NCBI GenBank assembly: GCA_024278935.1
Contig: JAJRSF010000006.1
Span: forward strand, 37,842 to 101,841
Reading direction: 5' to 3'
Source of the DNA: Candidatus Zixiibacteriota bacterium
GTDB taxonomy: Bacteria; Zixibacteria; MSB-5A5; GN15; FEB-12
Length of the DNA stretch: 64,000 nucleotides
Position numbers and translations under genes: made by a program. The notes beneath the pieces are model-generated. The model did not search any database. It was not told the DNA's origin and saw only the letters and a program-made list of their open reading frames with translations. Positions 56,976 through 64,000 of this stretch are shown here, one piece after another. Each line of letters opens with the position of its first letter. Position 1 is the first letter of the stretch.

Positions 56976-57764
56976 ATGAAGTTTAAAATTATTTTAATAT
57001 CAGCGCTGTTAATGTTACTCGGCTGTTCACTTATCAATGGACCGAACAAGCCAACCCCAAATTTATTTGAAAATTACGCATACCCTCTTGAAGTTGGTAA
57101 CAGTTGGACTTATGAAAGAACATTTACCTATAGTAATATTCAACCTGACACAGTTCAACTACCTGTACGCAAAGGTTCGTCTATTTTTGATATTACAGAA
57201 ATCGATACTATAAATGATAGCTTGGAGTATTATGTTCTTAATGCTGCAGCTACAGACTCTATGATTCAAGGGAGTCTTTATACAGGTAAAATATTATTAA
57301 ACAACGAAGCCGATGGTCTGTATATCTATGCAAGTACTGGTTCAAGCATTCCCTCACCAATCTCACCTTTACTAAATTTGAAAGAAGAGAGTATTAAGTC
57401 TTCTCCATTAAATTTTTCAACTGTATCTGCCCATAATGAGGAAATAAAAACACTTCAATATCCTATCGAAATAGGTGAGCAATGGATAATATCTGATACT
57501 GTTGGATTTTCATTTTTTACGGAAAAAGTAATTACACGTTTTGAAATATTAAAAACCACGGTTGGCACGTTCAATTGTTTTGTTGTGGAGTGGATTTTGC
57601 CCGTTGAAGATCTAACAATTATAGATTACTATTCAGAAATAGGACTAATGAAACGAGTGACAATTGCTAAAAATATTACAATTAGCGACCCCAACAATCT
57701 TAATCTTGCAATAGCAGATATAACCGATGAATACTTATTAGTCGACTTCACTCAGGGAAAATAA
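56976..57764 (+). CDS. Hypothetical lipoprotein
   Basis: The start was moved to ATG 56976 (GGAGG RBS). Lipobox MKFKIILISALLMLLGCS. No family was recognised. Confidence 0.45.
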   Translation: MKFKIILISALLMLLGCSLINGPNKPTPNLFENYAYPLEVGNSWTYERTFTYSNIQPDTVQLPVRKGSSIFDITEIDTINDSLEYYVLNAAATDSMIQGSLYTGKILLNNEADGLYIYASTGSSIPSPISPLLNLKEESIKSSPLNFSTVSAHNEEIKTLQYPIEIGEQWIISDTVGFSFFTEKVITRFEILKTTVGTFNCFVVEWILPVEDLTIIDYYSEIGLMKRVTIAKNITISDPNNLNLAIADITDEYLLVDFTQGK

Positions 57765-58029
57765 TCCCCTTGCGGACTTTCGACCAGTAGTGCCATTGCT
57801 TTTGTTCTTCGGGGAGATTCGGATTCTCCGCTTGTTTGATCGCACAGGTGAATACATCTTCGCAGCATCGGTCAAGATGTTCTAAGCCTCTGATTTCTTT
57901 AAGTTCTTCAAAAAGCTGGTTGGCATCACACCCTACTAAATCTTCGACGGTATGAATATTTAACATTACAAAATCTTCGTAGGTAGCTTTACCGACTGAT
58001 ACCAAATCTAAAAGTTTTCGCGTTTCCAT
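57748..58029 (-). CDS. Small helix-hairpin-helix domain protein (Cdd1 / pathogenicity-locus-like)
   Basis: 93 aa. ..LLDLVSVGKATYEDFVMLNIHTVEDLVGCDANQLFEEL..CCEDVFTCAI.. resembles the HhH family annotated as Pathogenicity locus. Confidence 0.5.
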   Translation of the reverse strand: METRKLLDLVSVGKATYEDFVMLNIHTVEDLVGCDANQLFEELKEIRGLEHLDRCCEDVFTCAIKQAENPNLPEEQKQWHYWSKVRKGIIFPE

Positions 58030-58056
58030 GAGATTAATATAACGATATTATTGGAT

Positions 58057-59067
58057 TTATTGCTTCACTTTTTTGGACATATCCCGAAGTAATTGTTTGG
58101 CAATTTTTGCACTTCTAGAATTTGGATTATCAGTAATTACTTTCTCTAAGAATTTTATTTTATCTAACTCCTCTAAATCGTATATGACACCTTTAAGGTG
58201 CCCTAAAGATTAACCGGAATTAGGATATTTTTGTAACATTTCTTTTGCGTCCCACAAGGGATCAATTTGCTCATTTCCATTTAGAATCTGTTTTGCAAAT
58301 ATTTCTGAACGAGTATTTGGATTTGTGACAATAATTTTGTGGAGTAACTCTTTCTTTTCTTCAACAGAAAGCTCATGCACTAATATCTTTAATATATGAT
58401 TACTGAAACCAGAGTTTGGAAATTGTTCAAGAAGTTCTTCCTTTTGATTAGAATCTTTTAATATTTTTTCAATATAAATACTATTGGGGAATCTTTTTAT
58501 ATAGCTTTTTAAGCTATCGTTAGATTTTGTATTTTGCCACAACTTGTAAACTTTTATTATTTCATCATATTCTCCTTTTCTTTCCCCTATTGGCTCTACA
58601 ACTTCAAATTCTGTTGGTATTGAACTAATTCCATTGTGGCTTGTAGTGAGTGTATATTTCCCAAGTGGTAAAAATCTTAAATAAATTCTCTCAATGCCTC
58701 CTACTCCTGGATTATGATTTCCAAAATATCTTAAAATATTAAAAGATTTTATAAATTCTTGTTTTGGATTTAGAATTAGAGTAGACTCAAATCCACCTGC
58801 ATTAGATTCTGCCCGAGTAAATTTAACATCAACTCTTTTTTCATCTTTTAGTGTTAGCAAAAAAGACTTGTTTTTACATTCTGGACAAAGATATGATGTT
58901 CTTATTGTATCTGTGTTTACATTTGTAAGGATTAGGTCAAACCAAATCGGTTCCATTAATAGATATTCTGTTTTATGAAACTCAACTTCAATTTTGATTT
59001 TTTGTTCTTGACCAATAGCAGATTGAAAAATTATAAATGATAATAAAACTATTATATATTTCTTCAT
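58057..59067 (-). pseudogene. Secreted protein with HEAT-like C-terminal repeats, with an in-frame TAA at 58210-58212
   Basis: After ..QKYPNSG* the same frame stays open for 50 more codons (SLGHLKGVIYDLEELDKIKFLEKVITDNPNSRSAKIAKQLLRDMSKKVKQ*). These repeat the upstream module FPNSGFSNHILKILVHELSVEEKKELLHKIIVTNPNTRSEIFAKQIL. The start is at ATG 59067 (signal peptide). Confidence 0.5.
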
Positions 59068-59143
59068 ACGAACCCTCTCCATTTCTTTATTATAAAGACG
59101 ACAATAATATACAATTTGTCAAAATATTACTGCAATAAAAAAA

Positions 59144-59243
59144 TTGTAGGTCGATGTTCTAGGCACGCCTAAGCGTTCAGAACCAGACAATAAAAAAGTC
59201 GGAACTACAGGCACTCAATGAGTGAGGAGTTCCGACCTACAAA
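59144..59243. repeat. Two TGTAGGTCG-type GC-rich hairpin repeats
   Basis: TTGTAGGTCGATGTTCTAGGCACGCCTAAGCGTTCAGAACCAGACAA at 59144-59190. GTCGGAACT-acagg-CACTC-aat-GAGTG-agg-AGTTCCGAC followed by CTACAA at 59198-59243. Confidence 0.8.
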
Positions 59244-59260
59244 ATTTGTGATAAAAAAAA

Positions 59261-59282
59261 GGGCAGACACACAAGTCTACCC
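59261..59282 (-). terminator. GGGCAGAC..GTCTACCC repeat acting as terminator of the CBS-CGL operon
   Basis: On the - strand GGGTAGAC-ttgtgt-GTCTGCCC forms an 8-bp stem with one G-U pair. It is followed by T8 and lies 24 nt downstream of the CGL stop. Confidence 0.7.
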
Positions 59283-59305
59283 CTACAAATTATAATTCAA
59301 TGTAC

Positions 59306-60475
59306 TTACGCTTGTTTGACTGTCTCGCTTATCGCTGCAAATGCCATCCGCAAATCTATAAGCAGATCATCGATATGCTCGATACCAACCGACAAGCGAA
59401 TAAGTCCGTCGGTCACACCTGCTTTTTCACGAATCTCTTGTGGAATCGATGCGTGCGTCATAAATGCAGGATGATTCATAAGCGACTCAACGCCACCTAA
59501 TGATTCAGCCAAAATAAACAGTTTGGTCGACATCGTAAACTTCTTAACCGTTTCAACATCAGCGTTAATAGAAAACGAAACCATACCACCTGGCATTTTC
59601 ATATTGTTCGGCACTTTGGAACCATCAAGCCCAGGGCAATAAACTCTGTCAACAATGTCAACAGTTTCCAGATACTCAGCAATTTTCATTGCGTTCATCG
59701 AATGACGTTCCATCCGCAGATGTAGCGTTTTCATACCACGCATAAGCAACCATGATTCAAACGGAGCAAGCATCCCGCCAACAGCATACTGGTTAAAATG
59801 TAATTTGTTAGCAAGCTCATCATCTTTGACAATCAAGGCTCCACCGATAACATCACAATGCCCACCCAAATATTTTGAAGCCGAGTGCATAACAATATCG
59901 GCACCCAAATCAAGAGGTTGTTGGATGTATGGCGTCGCAAATGTATTATCAACTGCAACAATTATATTTTTCTCTTTTGCAAAAGAAACGACTGTTTCAA
60001 TGTCGGTCAGTTTCAGAAGAGGATTAGTTGGGGTTTCAATCCAGAAAAGTTTTGTATTATCTTGAATTGCATTTTTAAAATTTTCAGGATTAGTGCCATC
60101 TACATAGGAGAACTCAAGTTTGAACTTTTTCATCAGTTATTCAAACAAGCGATGCGTTCCGCCGTAGAGATCATCAACAGCAACAACATGGTCACCTGCT
60201 TCAAGCAGATGCATGACGGCGGTTATCGATGCTAGCCCGGATGCATATGCAAATGCATCGGTGCCATTTTCCAAAGTAGCGAGAACTTCTTCGAGAGCTT
60301 TGCGAGTTGGGTTTGACCAACGTGAGTAGACATACCCGGACTCATCACCGGGGAACCCGACTTTGTAAGTGGTGCTCATATGAAGCGGAGTTGTGATAGC
60401 TCCGGTTTTATCTTCAGGGATCTGTCCGCAATGTATTGCTCTTGTTTCAAATTTATTTTTCTTAAAATCATTCAT
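59306..60475 (-). pseudogene. Cystathionine gamma-lyase/synthase family PLP enzyme with an in-frame TAA at 60137-60139
   Basis: ..VDDLYGGTHRLFE*LMKKFKLEFSYVD.. lies in one frame, with the stop where homologs have Lys (..RLFEKxLxKFG..). The PLP lysine region SASKYLGGH is present. Confidence 0.9.
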
Positions 60476-60487
60476 TGGTAACTCCTT

Positions 60488-61477
60488 CTAAATAAAACCT
60501 TTTTCTTTCATCCATTCGTCGTTGAAAACTTTACTCATATATTTAACACCACCATCAGGAAGTATGACAACAACAACTTTATCTTTATCCAAATCTTTTG
60601 CGTAATTTAAAGCAACATGAACCGCCGAGCCACACGAACCACCACCGAACAGACCTTCCAAACGGGTAAGTTCTCGACAAGCCAAAAATGATTCCTGATC
60701 AGTCACTTGCACAACTTTGTCAATGACAGAAAAATCAATAGTCGGGCAGAGCATATCTTCTCCAATCCCTTCAACATAATACGTATGCGGTTCAATCATT
60801 GTTTTATTTTTATGATAATCATAGTAGATAGAACCAATAGGGTCGGCACCGATAACTTCAATAGATGAATCTTTTTCTTTTAAATAACGGGCGATACCTG
60901 AGACAGTTCCGCCGGTTCCAATACCACCAACAAAAGCATCAAATTTTCCACCGGTCTGTTCCCAAATTTCTCGGCCTGTTATTTGGTAATGTGCTTCAAT
61001 ATTATCGAGATTAAAATACTGACCAATATAATACGAACCGGGGGTCTCACGGTGAAGCCGTTTTGCTGTTTCGTAATAACTCTCAGGAGATTCCGCAGGC
61101 ACAGCAGTCGGACAGATATGCACTTCGGCACCAAACGCTTTTAAAGCATTTATTTTTTCATCAGACATTTTATCAGGGATTGTAAAAATCGCTTTATAAC
61201 CATGAGCAGCGGCAAACATTGCAACCGCGGCTCCTGTGTTGCCCGAAGTTCCTTCGACTATTGTTCCGCCAGGTTTAAGTTCTCCGCGTTCAATAGCTTG
61301 TTTTAAAATAAATCCGGCCATACGGTCTTTGACAGAACCGGATGGATTCATATATTCAGGCTTCACCAAAACAGTAGCTTCTACCCCGTATTTTTTTGCC
61401 ATACGGTTCAGTTTTATAAGTGGTATATTACTAACAGCATCGGTAATTGAGTTCAGATAGTAATTATTATTTTCCAA
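60488..61477 (-). CDS. Cystathionine beta-synthase-like / cysteine synthase family PLP enzyme (no CBS-pair domain)
   Basis: 329 aa with ..NPSGSVKDRMA.. (PLP Lys), ..GTSGNTGAAVA.. and ..GIGTGGTVSG... The upstream position of a CBS-CGL pair indicates reverse transsulfuration. Confidence 0.9.
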   Translation of the reverse strand: MENNNYYLNSITDAVSNIPLIKLNRMAKKYGVEATVLVKPEYMNPSGSVKDRMAGFILKQAIERGELKPGGTIVEGTSGNTGAAVAMFAAAHGYKAIFTIPDKMSDEKINALKAFGAEVHICPTAVPAESPESYYETAKRLHRETPGSYYIGQYFNLDNIEAHYQITGREIWEQTGGKFDAFVGGIGTGGTVSGIARYLKEKDSSIEVIGADPIGSIYYDYHKNKTMIEPHTYYVEGIGEDMLCPTIDFSVIDKVVQVTDQESFLACRELTRLEGLFGGGSCGSAVHVALNYAKDLDKDKVVVVILPDGGVKYMSKVFNDEWMKEKGFI

Positions 61478-61504
61478 AATATCCTCGTTGTATCAAATCA
61501 TTTT

Positions 61505-61526
61505 TTCATACTTTATAAAGTATGAA
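61505..61526. promoter_or_regulatory. Perfect 22-bp palindrome (operator candidate) in the CBS-CGL promoter region
   Basis: TTCATACTTTATAAAGTATGAA is its own reverse complement. It lies 28-49 nt upstream of the CBS-like ATG and directly downstream of a - strand TTGACA (61531-61536). Confidence 0.65.
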
Positions 61527-61618
61527 GTTTTGTCAATTTGTCCATTAAAAAATTGTTCTCTTCGTTTAACGGCTAGATAGGCAGAAAGTTCCTTTTTAGA
61601 AAATTTTGAAAAAAGGGA

Positions 61619-61647
61619 TTGACATATTTTTTCAAATAAATTAGTAT
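61619..61647 (+). promoter_or_regulatory. Sigma70-like promoter for the small zinc-binding protein gene
   Basis: TTGACA (61619-61624), a 17-nt spacer and TAGTAT (61642-61647). Confidence 0.5.
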
Positions 61648-61703
61648 ATTTTAGATTAAGTTTTACCGAATCAGAGAATTTTTAAAGATGTGTTGGAAAA
61701 AAT

Positions 61704-61889
61704 ATGAACGAAAAATGCAAGAAGTGCCAAGAACCAATTACAGGTGACCCAATAAAACAAAACGAAGAACTATATTGTTCGCTTGAATGTGCAAATCTTG
61801 CCGCCGGATATGAAACTGACGAAGAATTATCTTATTTTGAGGAAGATGAGCTTTCGCAAGATTTATATAATAACTTTGATGATGACTAA
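61704..61889 (+). CDS. Small Cys-rich (CxxC..CxxxC) protein with an acidic tail, putative metal-binding
   Basis: 61 aa. CKKCQEPI..LYCSLECA resembles TRASH/metallothionein-like small domains. The C-terminus is highly acidic. A good promoter lies upstream. Confidence 0.45.
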   Translation: MNEKCKKCQEPITGDPIKQNEELYCSLECANLAAGYETDEELSYFEEDELSQDLYNNFDDD

Positions 61890-62366
61890 TTAGTCACGAG
61901 TTATTTTCATAATTTCGTATTTCACAATACCAGCCGGAACTTTAACTTCAACAATATCACCCACAGCTTTCCCTAAAAAGGCTTGTCCTATTGGCGACTG
62001 CACTGAAATTACATCATTATCCAAATCAACTTCTTCAGGCGGAGCGATAGTATATTCGATCTCTTCATCATCTTCTAAATCTTTTATCAACACTTTAGCG
62101 TAAAGATATATTTTATCAGAGGGTAAAGTAGATGGGTCGATTATTTGAATTTTCAGCAATTTCTGCTGTAATTCAGCTATTCTGCCTTCGATAACTTTTT
62201 GTTTATCTTTGGCAGCATGGTATTCAGCATATTCAGATAAATCACCCATTTCACGAGTACGTTTGATCTCGGCAACGATTTCAGGGCGGTCGTTGAATTT
62301 TAAACTTTTGAGTTCCGCTTCAATTTTTTGGCGGCCCTCTTTGGACATTAGTATTGGTTCACTCAT
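61890..62366 (-). CDS. greA: Transcription elongation factor GreA
   Basis: 158 aa with an N-terminal coiled coil carrying acidic-tip residues (..REMGDLSEYAEYHAAKD..) and a C-terminal globular domain (..SVQSPIGQAFLGK..). Confidence 0.95.
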   Translation of the reverse strand: MSEPILMSKEGRQKIEAELKSLKFNDRPEIVAEIKRTREMGDLSEYAEYHAAKDKQKVIEGRIAELQQKLLKIQIIDPSTLPSDKIYLYAKVLIKDLEDDEEIEYTIAPPEEVDLDNDVISVQSPIGQAFLGKAVGDIVEVKVPAGIVKYEIMKITRD

Positions 62367-62387
62367 AAATCAATTATACCAAAATTT

Positions 62388-63779
62388 TCATTTATGTGCA
62401 ACTGTTGTTGCAGTTTCTTTTTTCGCAAAACTGAAGAAGATAATAAGCGAAATAATCAGACCGGGGAAAATCGGTTCAACCGATAACCAATAGCTTCCTG
62501 ATAAAAAATATTTTGAACTGTACCATGCAAGCGAAACTCCTCCGCTCAACATGATTGATATAAATGCAAATTTTGATGGTAACCGTTTTGAACCGACGAA
62601 CGAGAAAAAGACAGGAACAAGCAAGGCAGGTGTCCCGACAGATCCAAAAAATTTCCATATTTCAATTACCGAATCAAATATGAATAAAGGTACGATTGCA
62701 AGCAATGATGTAAGTATCAATCCAATTCTGGTATAGTGTGTTGTTTTGCTCTCATCTATTTTAAATATTTTCATAACAATATCTCTTGAAAAAGTCGATG
62801 CTGCCACAAACGAATAGGAATCAACGGTCGACATCACCGTCGCAAGCATCGCCAAAGCAAAAAGTCCAAGCAGACCAACCGGGAGAACTTCCATTGCAAT
62901 AGCAGGGTATGAGCCGACCGCGTTTTCTAAATTAGGAAGAACCGCTCTTGCGTACATGCCACAACTTGTAGTCAGAAAATCAAAGAACGCCCAAAATGCG
63001 ATAGATATAAAAATTCCATTTTTGGCAATCTTGCCCGTCTTGGCAGCGTAGCATCGTTGATAAAATGTCGGCTCAATAAGAGTAGCCAAAGCGATAACAT
63101 ACCAGACTGCTATATAGCTTCCCGAGTTGCCACCATGCCAGGTGAAATGTGATTCAGGGAGATTTGATTGTAAAAACTCAACCCCACCATAAGTCAGGTA
63201 TAACGTAATAAGCAGAACGATAAACCCGGCAAACATCAGACCAAACTGAAACAGGTCAGTCCGAACGACAGAGTTAAACCCGCCAACAAATATATAGACT
63301 AAAGAAAACAAGGAGCCGACAACTATGCCGACCCAGAGGTCCCACCCAAAAAGATATTGTGCCAAGGTTCCAAGCATAAGCACATAGGCAGCCGGAACGG
63401 TCATAAGATAAATTATGACCGAACCTGCCAGTGCTGTTTTTTTATCATACACTTGTGCAAGTTTATCAGGAATAGTAAGCACTTTGGATTCTCTGGCACG
63501 CTTTGCCAAAAAGATAGCAAAGAAAAATGCCGCCAAATAATATGGCAACCCAAAGGCTAACCAGTTTGACAAACCATAACTGTAACTATATTCACCAACG
63601 CCTAAAATTCCGCCATACCATGTTGAGACAAGCGAAGCAACAAATGCCGGAAGAGTCAGCATCCGACCGCCAACAATCAGCTCTGTCGCAGAACTGTTTT
63701 TGGACAGTCGTTTTTTGAATCCGACAAAAAGTAGAATTCCAAGATAGAGAATTATTATAGCGTTATCTATATAATGCAT
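62388..63779 (-). CDS. Sodium:solute symporter family transporter
   Basis: 463 aa with about 12-13 TM segments and an SSF-like pattern (..GGRMLTLPAFVASLVSTWYGGILGVGE..). Confidence 0.85.
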   Translation of the reverse strand: MHYIDNAIIILYLGILLFVGFKKRLSKNSSATELIVGGRMLTLPAFVASLVSTWYGGILGVGEYSYSYGLSNWLAFGLPYYLAAFFFAIFLAKRARESKVLTIPDKLAQVYDKKTALAGSVIIYLMTVPAAYVLMLGTLAQYLFGWDLWVGIVVGSLFSLVYIFVGGFNSVVRTDLFQFGLMFAGFIVLLITLYLTYGGVEFLQSNLPESHFTWHGGNSGSYIAVWYVIALATLIEPTFYQRCYAAKTGKIAKNGIFISIAFWAFFDFLTTSCGMYARAVLPNLENAVGSYPAIAMEVLPVGLLGLFALAMLATVMSTVDSYSFVAASTFSRDIVMKIFKIDESKTTHYTRIGLILTSLLAIVPLFIFDSVIEIWKFFGSVGTPALLVPVFFSFVGSKRLPSKFAFISIMLSGGVSLAWYSSKYFLSGSYWLSVEPIFPGLIISLIIFFSFAKKETATTVAHK

Positions 63780-63830
63780 ATTATTTTTTTCTTATTCTCT
63801 CTGCAAAGAATAAATAAAGTTCTGCGTATC

Positions 63831-63915
63831 TTTCAAGTCGCCCTGAGTGGAGTCGAAGGGTCTTGAAAGATAGCGATATATAACCTGTCATACTGAGCGG
63901 AGTCGAAGTATGTTC
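63831..63915. repeat. Two GC-rich intergenic repeats (inverted copies of the 11.6-kb elements)
   Basis: TTTCAAGTCGCCCTGAGTGGAGTCGAAGGGTCTTGAAA at 63831-63868 is the reverse-complement homolog of 11619-11655. GTCATACTGAGCGGAGTCGAAGTATGTTC at 63887-63915 is the homolog of 11672-11715. Confidence 0.85.
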
Positions 63916-64000
63916 CTAAAAAAGCTCCATGACAACTTGACCAAATATTGACCTTCCAGGTGCAACATAATATTCACCTTCACGAATCATTTCTGCTTCG
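63916..64000 (-). CDS. 3' end of an outer-membrane beta-barrel / TonB-dependent-receptor-like gene (partial)
   Basis: The - strand reads ..EAEMIREGEYYVAPGRSIFGQVVMELF* with a terminal Phe typical of OM barrels. Only 28 codons are in the window. Confidence 0.3.
   Translation of the reverse strand, partial: EAEMIREGEYYVAPGRSIFGQVVMELF

Overview
This is an origin-proximal chromosomal window from a visibly AT-rich bacterium. A T9SS-type C-terminal sorting domain, a CarboxypepD_reg-TonB receptor and GC-rich hairpin repeats that translate to IPASAGMT / PFDKLRVT-like peptides suggest an FCB-group or related uncultured lineage; this is inference only. The backbone starts with rnpA-yidD-yidC-mnmE-DinB-mnmG-rsmG-parA-parB-M23 peptidase-bactofilin on the + strand (1-9.6 kb), with two parS sites. 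It continues with a MoxR/DUF58 module split by inserted genes, iscU, an orphan multihaem cytochrome c (9 CxxCH plus one CX5CH), a HEAT-cyclophilin operon, a TonB receptor, ilvC, nadC, birA, a CDGSH protein, uvrA and mutM. recF-dnaN-dnaA lie on the - strand (33.4-37.3 kb), followed by lspA, a dksA-like gene and ileS. The remainder holds M1 and M3B peptidases, surface proteins, a CBS/CGL transsulfuration pair, greA and a Na+/solute symporter. There are three DnaA-box clusters: 9.64-9.97 kb, the dnaA-dnaN spacer, and a 1-kb ORF-free region upstream of dnaA. The first and third share extra motifs in inverted orientation. AT-richer accessory islets are an MNT/HEPN pair (13.8-14.9 kb), Fic plus three tandem secreted TPR/Sel1 paralogs with near-identical 5' ends (42.5-48.7 kb), and a GIY-YIG nuclease (51.6-52.4 kb). 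At least six families of GC-rich hairpin repeats fill the intergenic spacers, and several act as terminators. Eight single-base lesions interrupt seven otherwise collinear genes. Four are -1 frameshifts in homopolymers (parB, birA twice, dnaN). Four are in-frame stops (ilvC, a TPR paralog, a HEAT-like surface protein, cystathionine gamma-lyase). I recognised no rRNA, tRNA, CRISPR array, transposase or integrase. I did not find a convincing new multi-gene system. The most unusual items are the duplicated inverted DnaA-box modules, the lesion pattern, the parAB-M23-bactofilin operon and the Fic/TPR paralog array.
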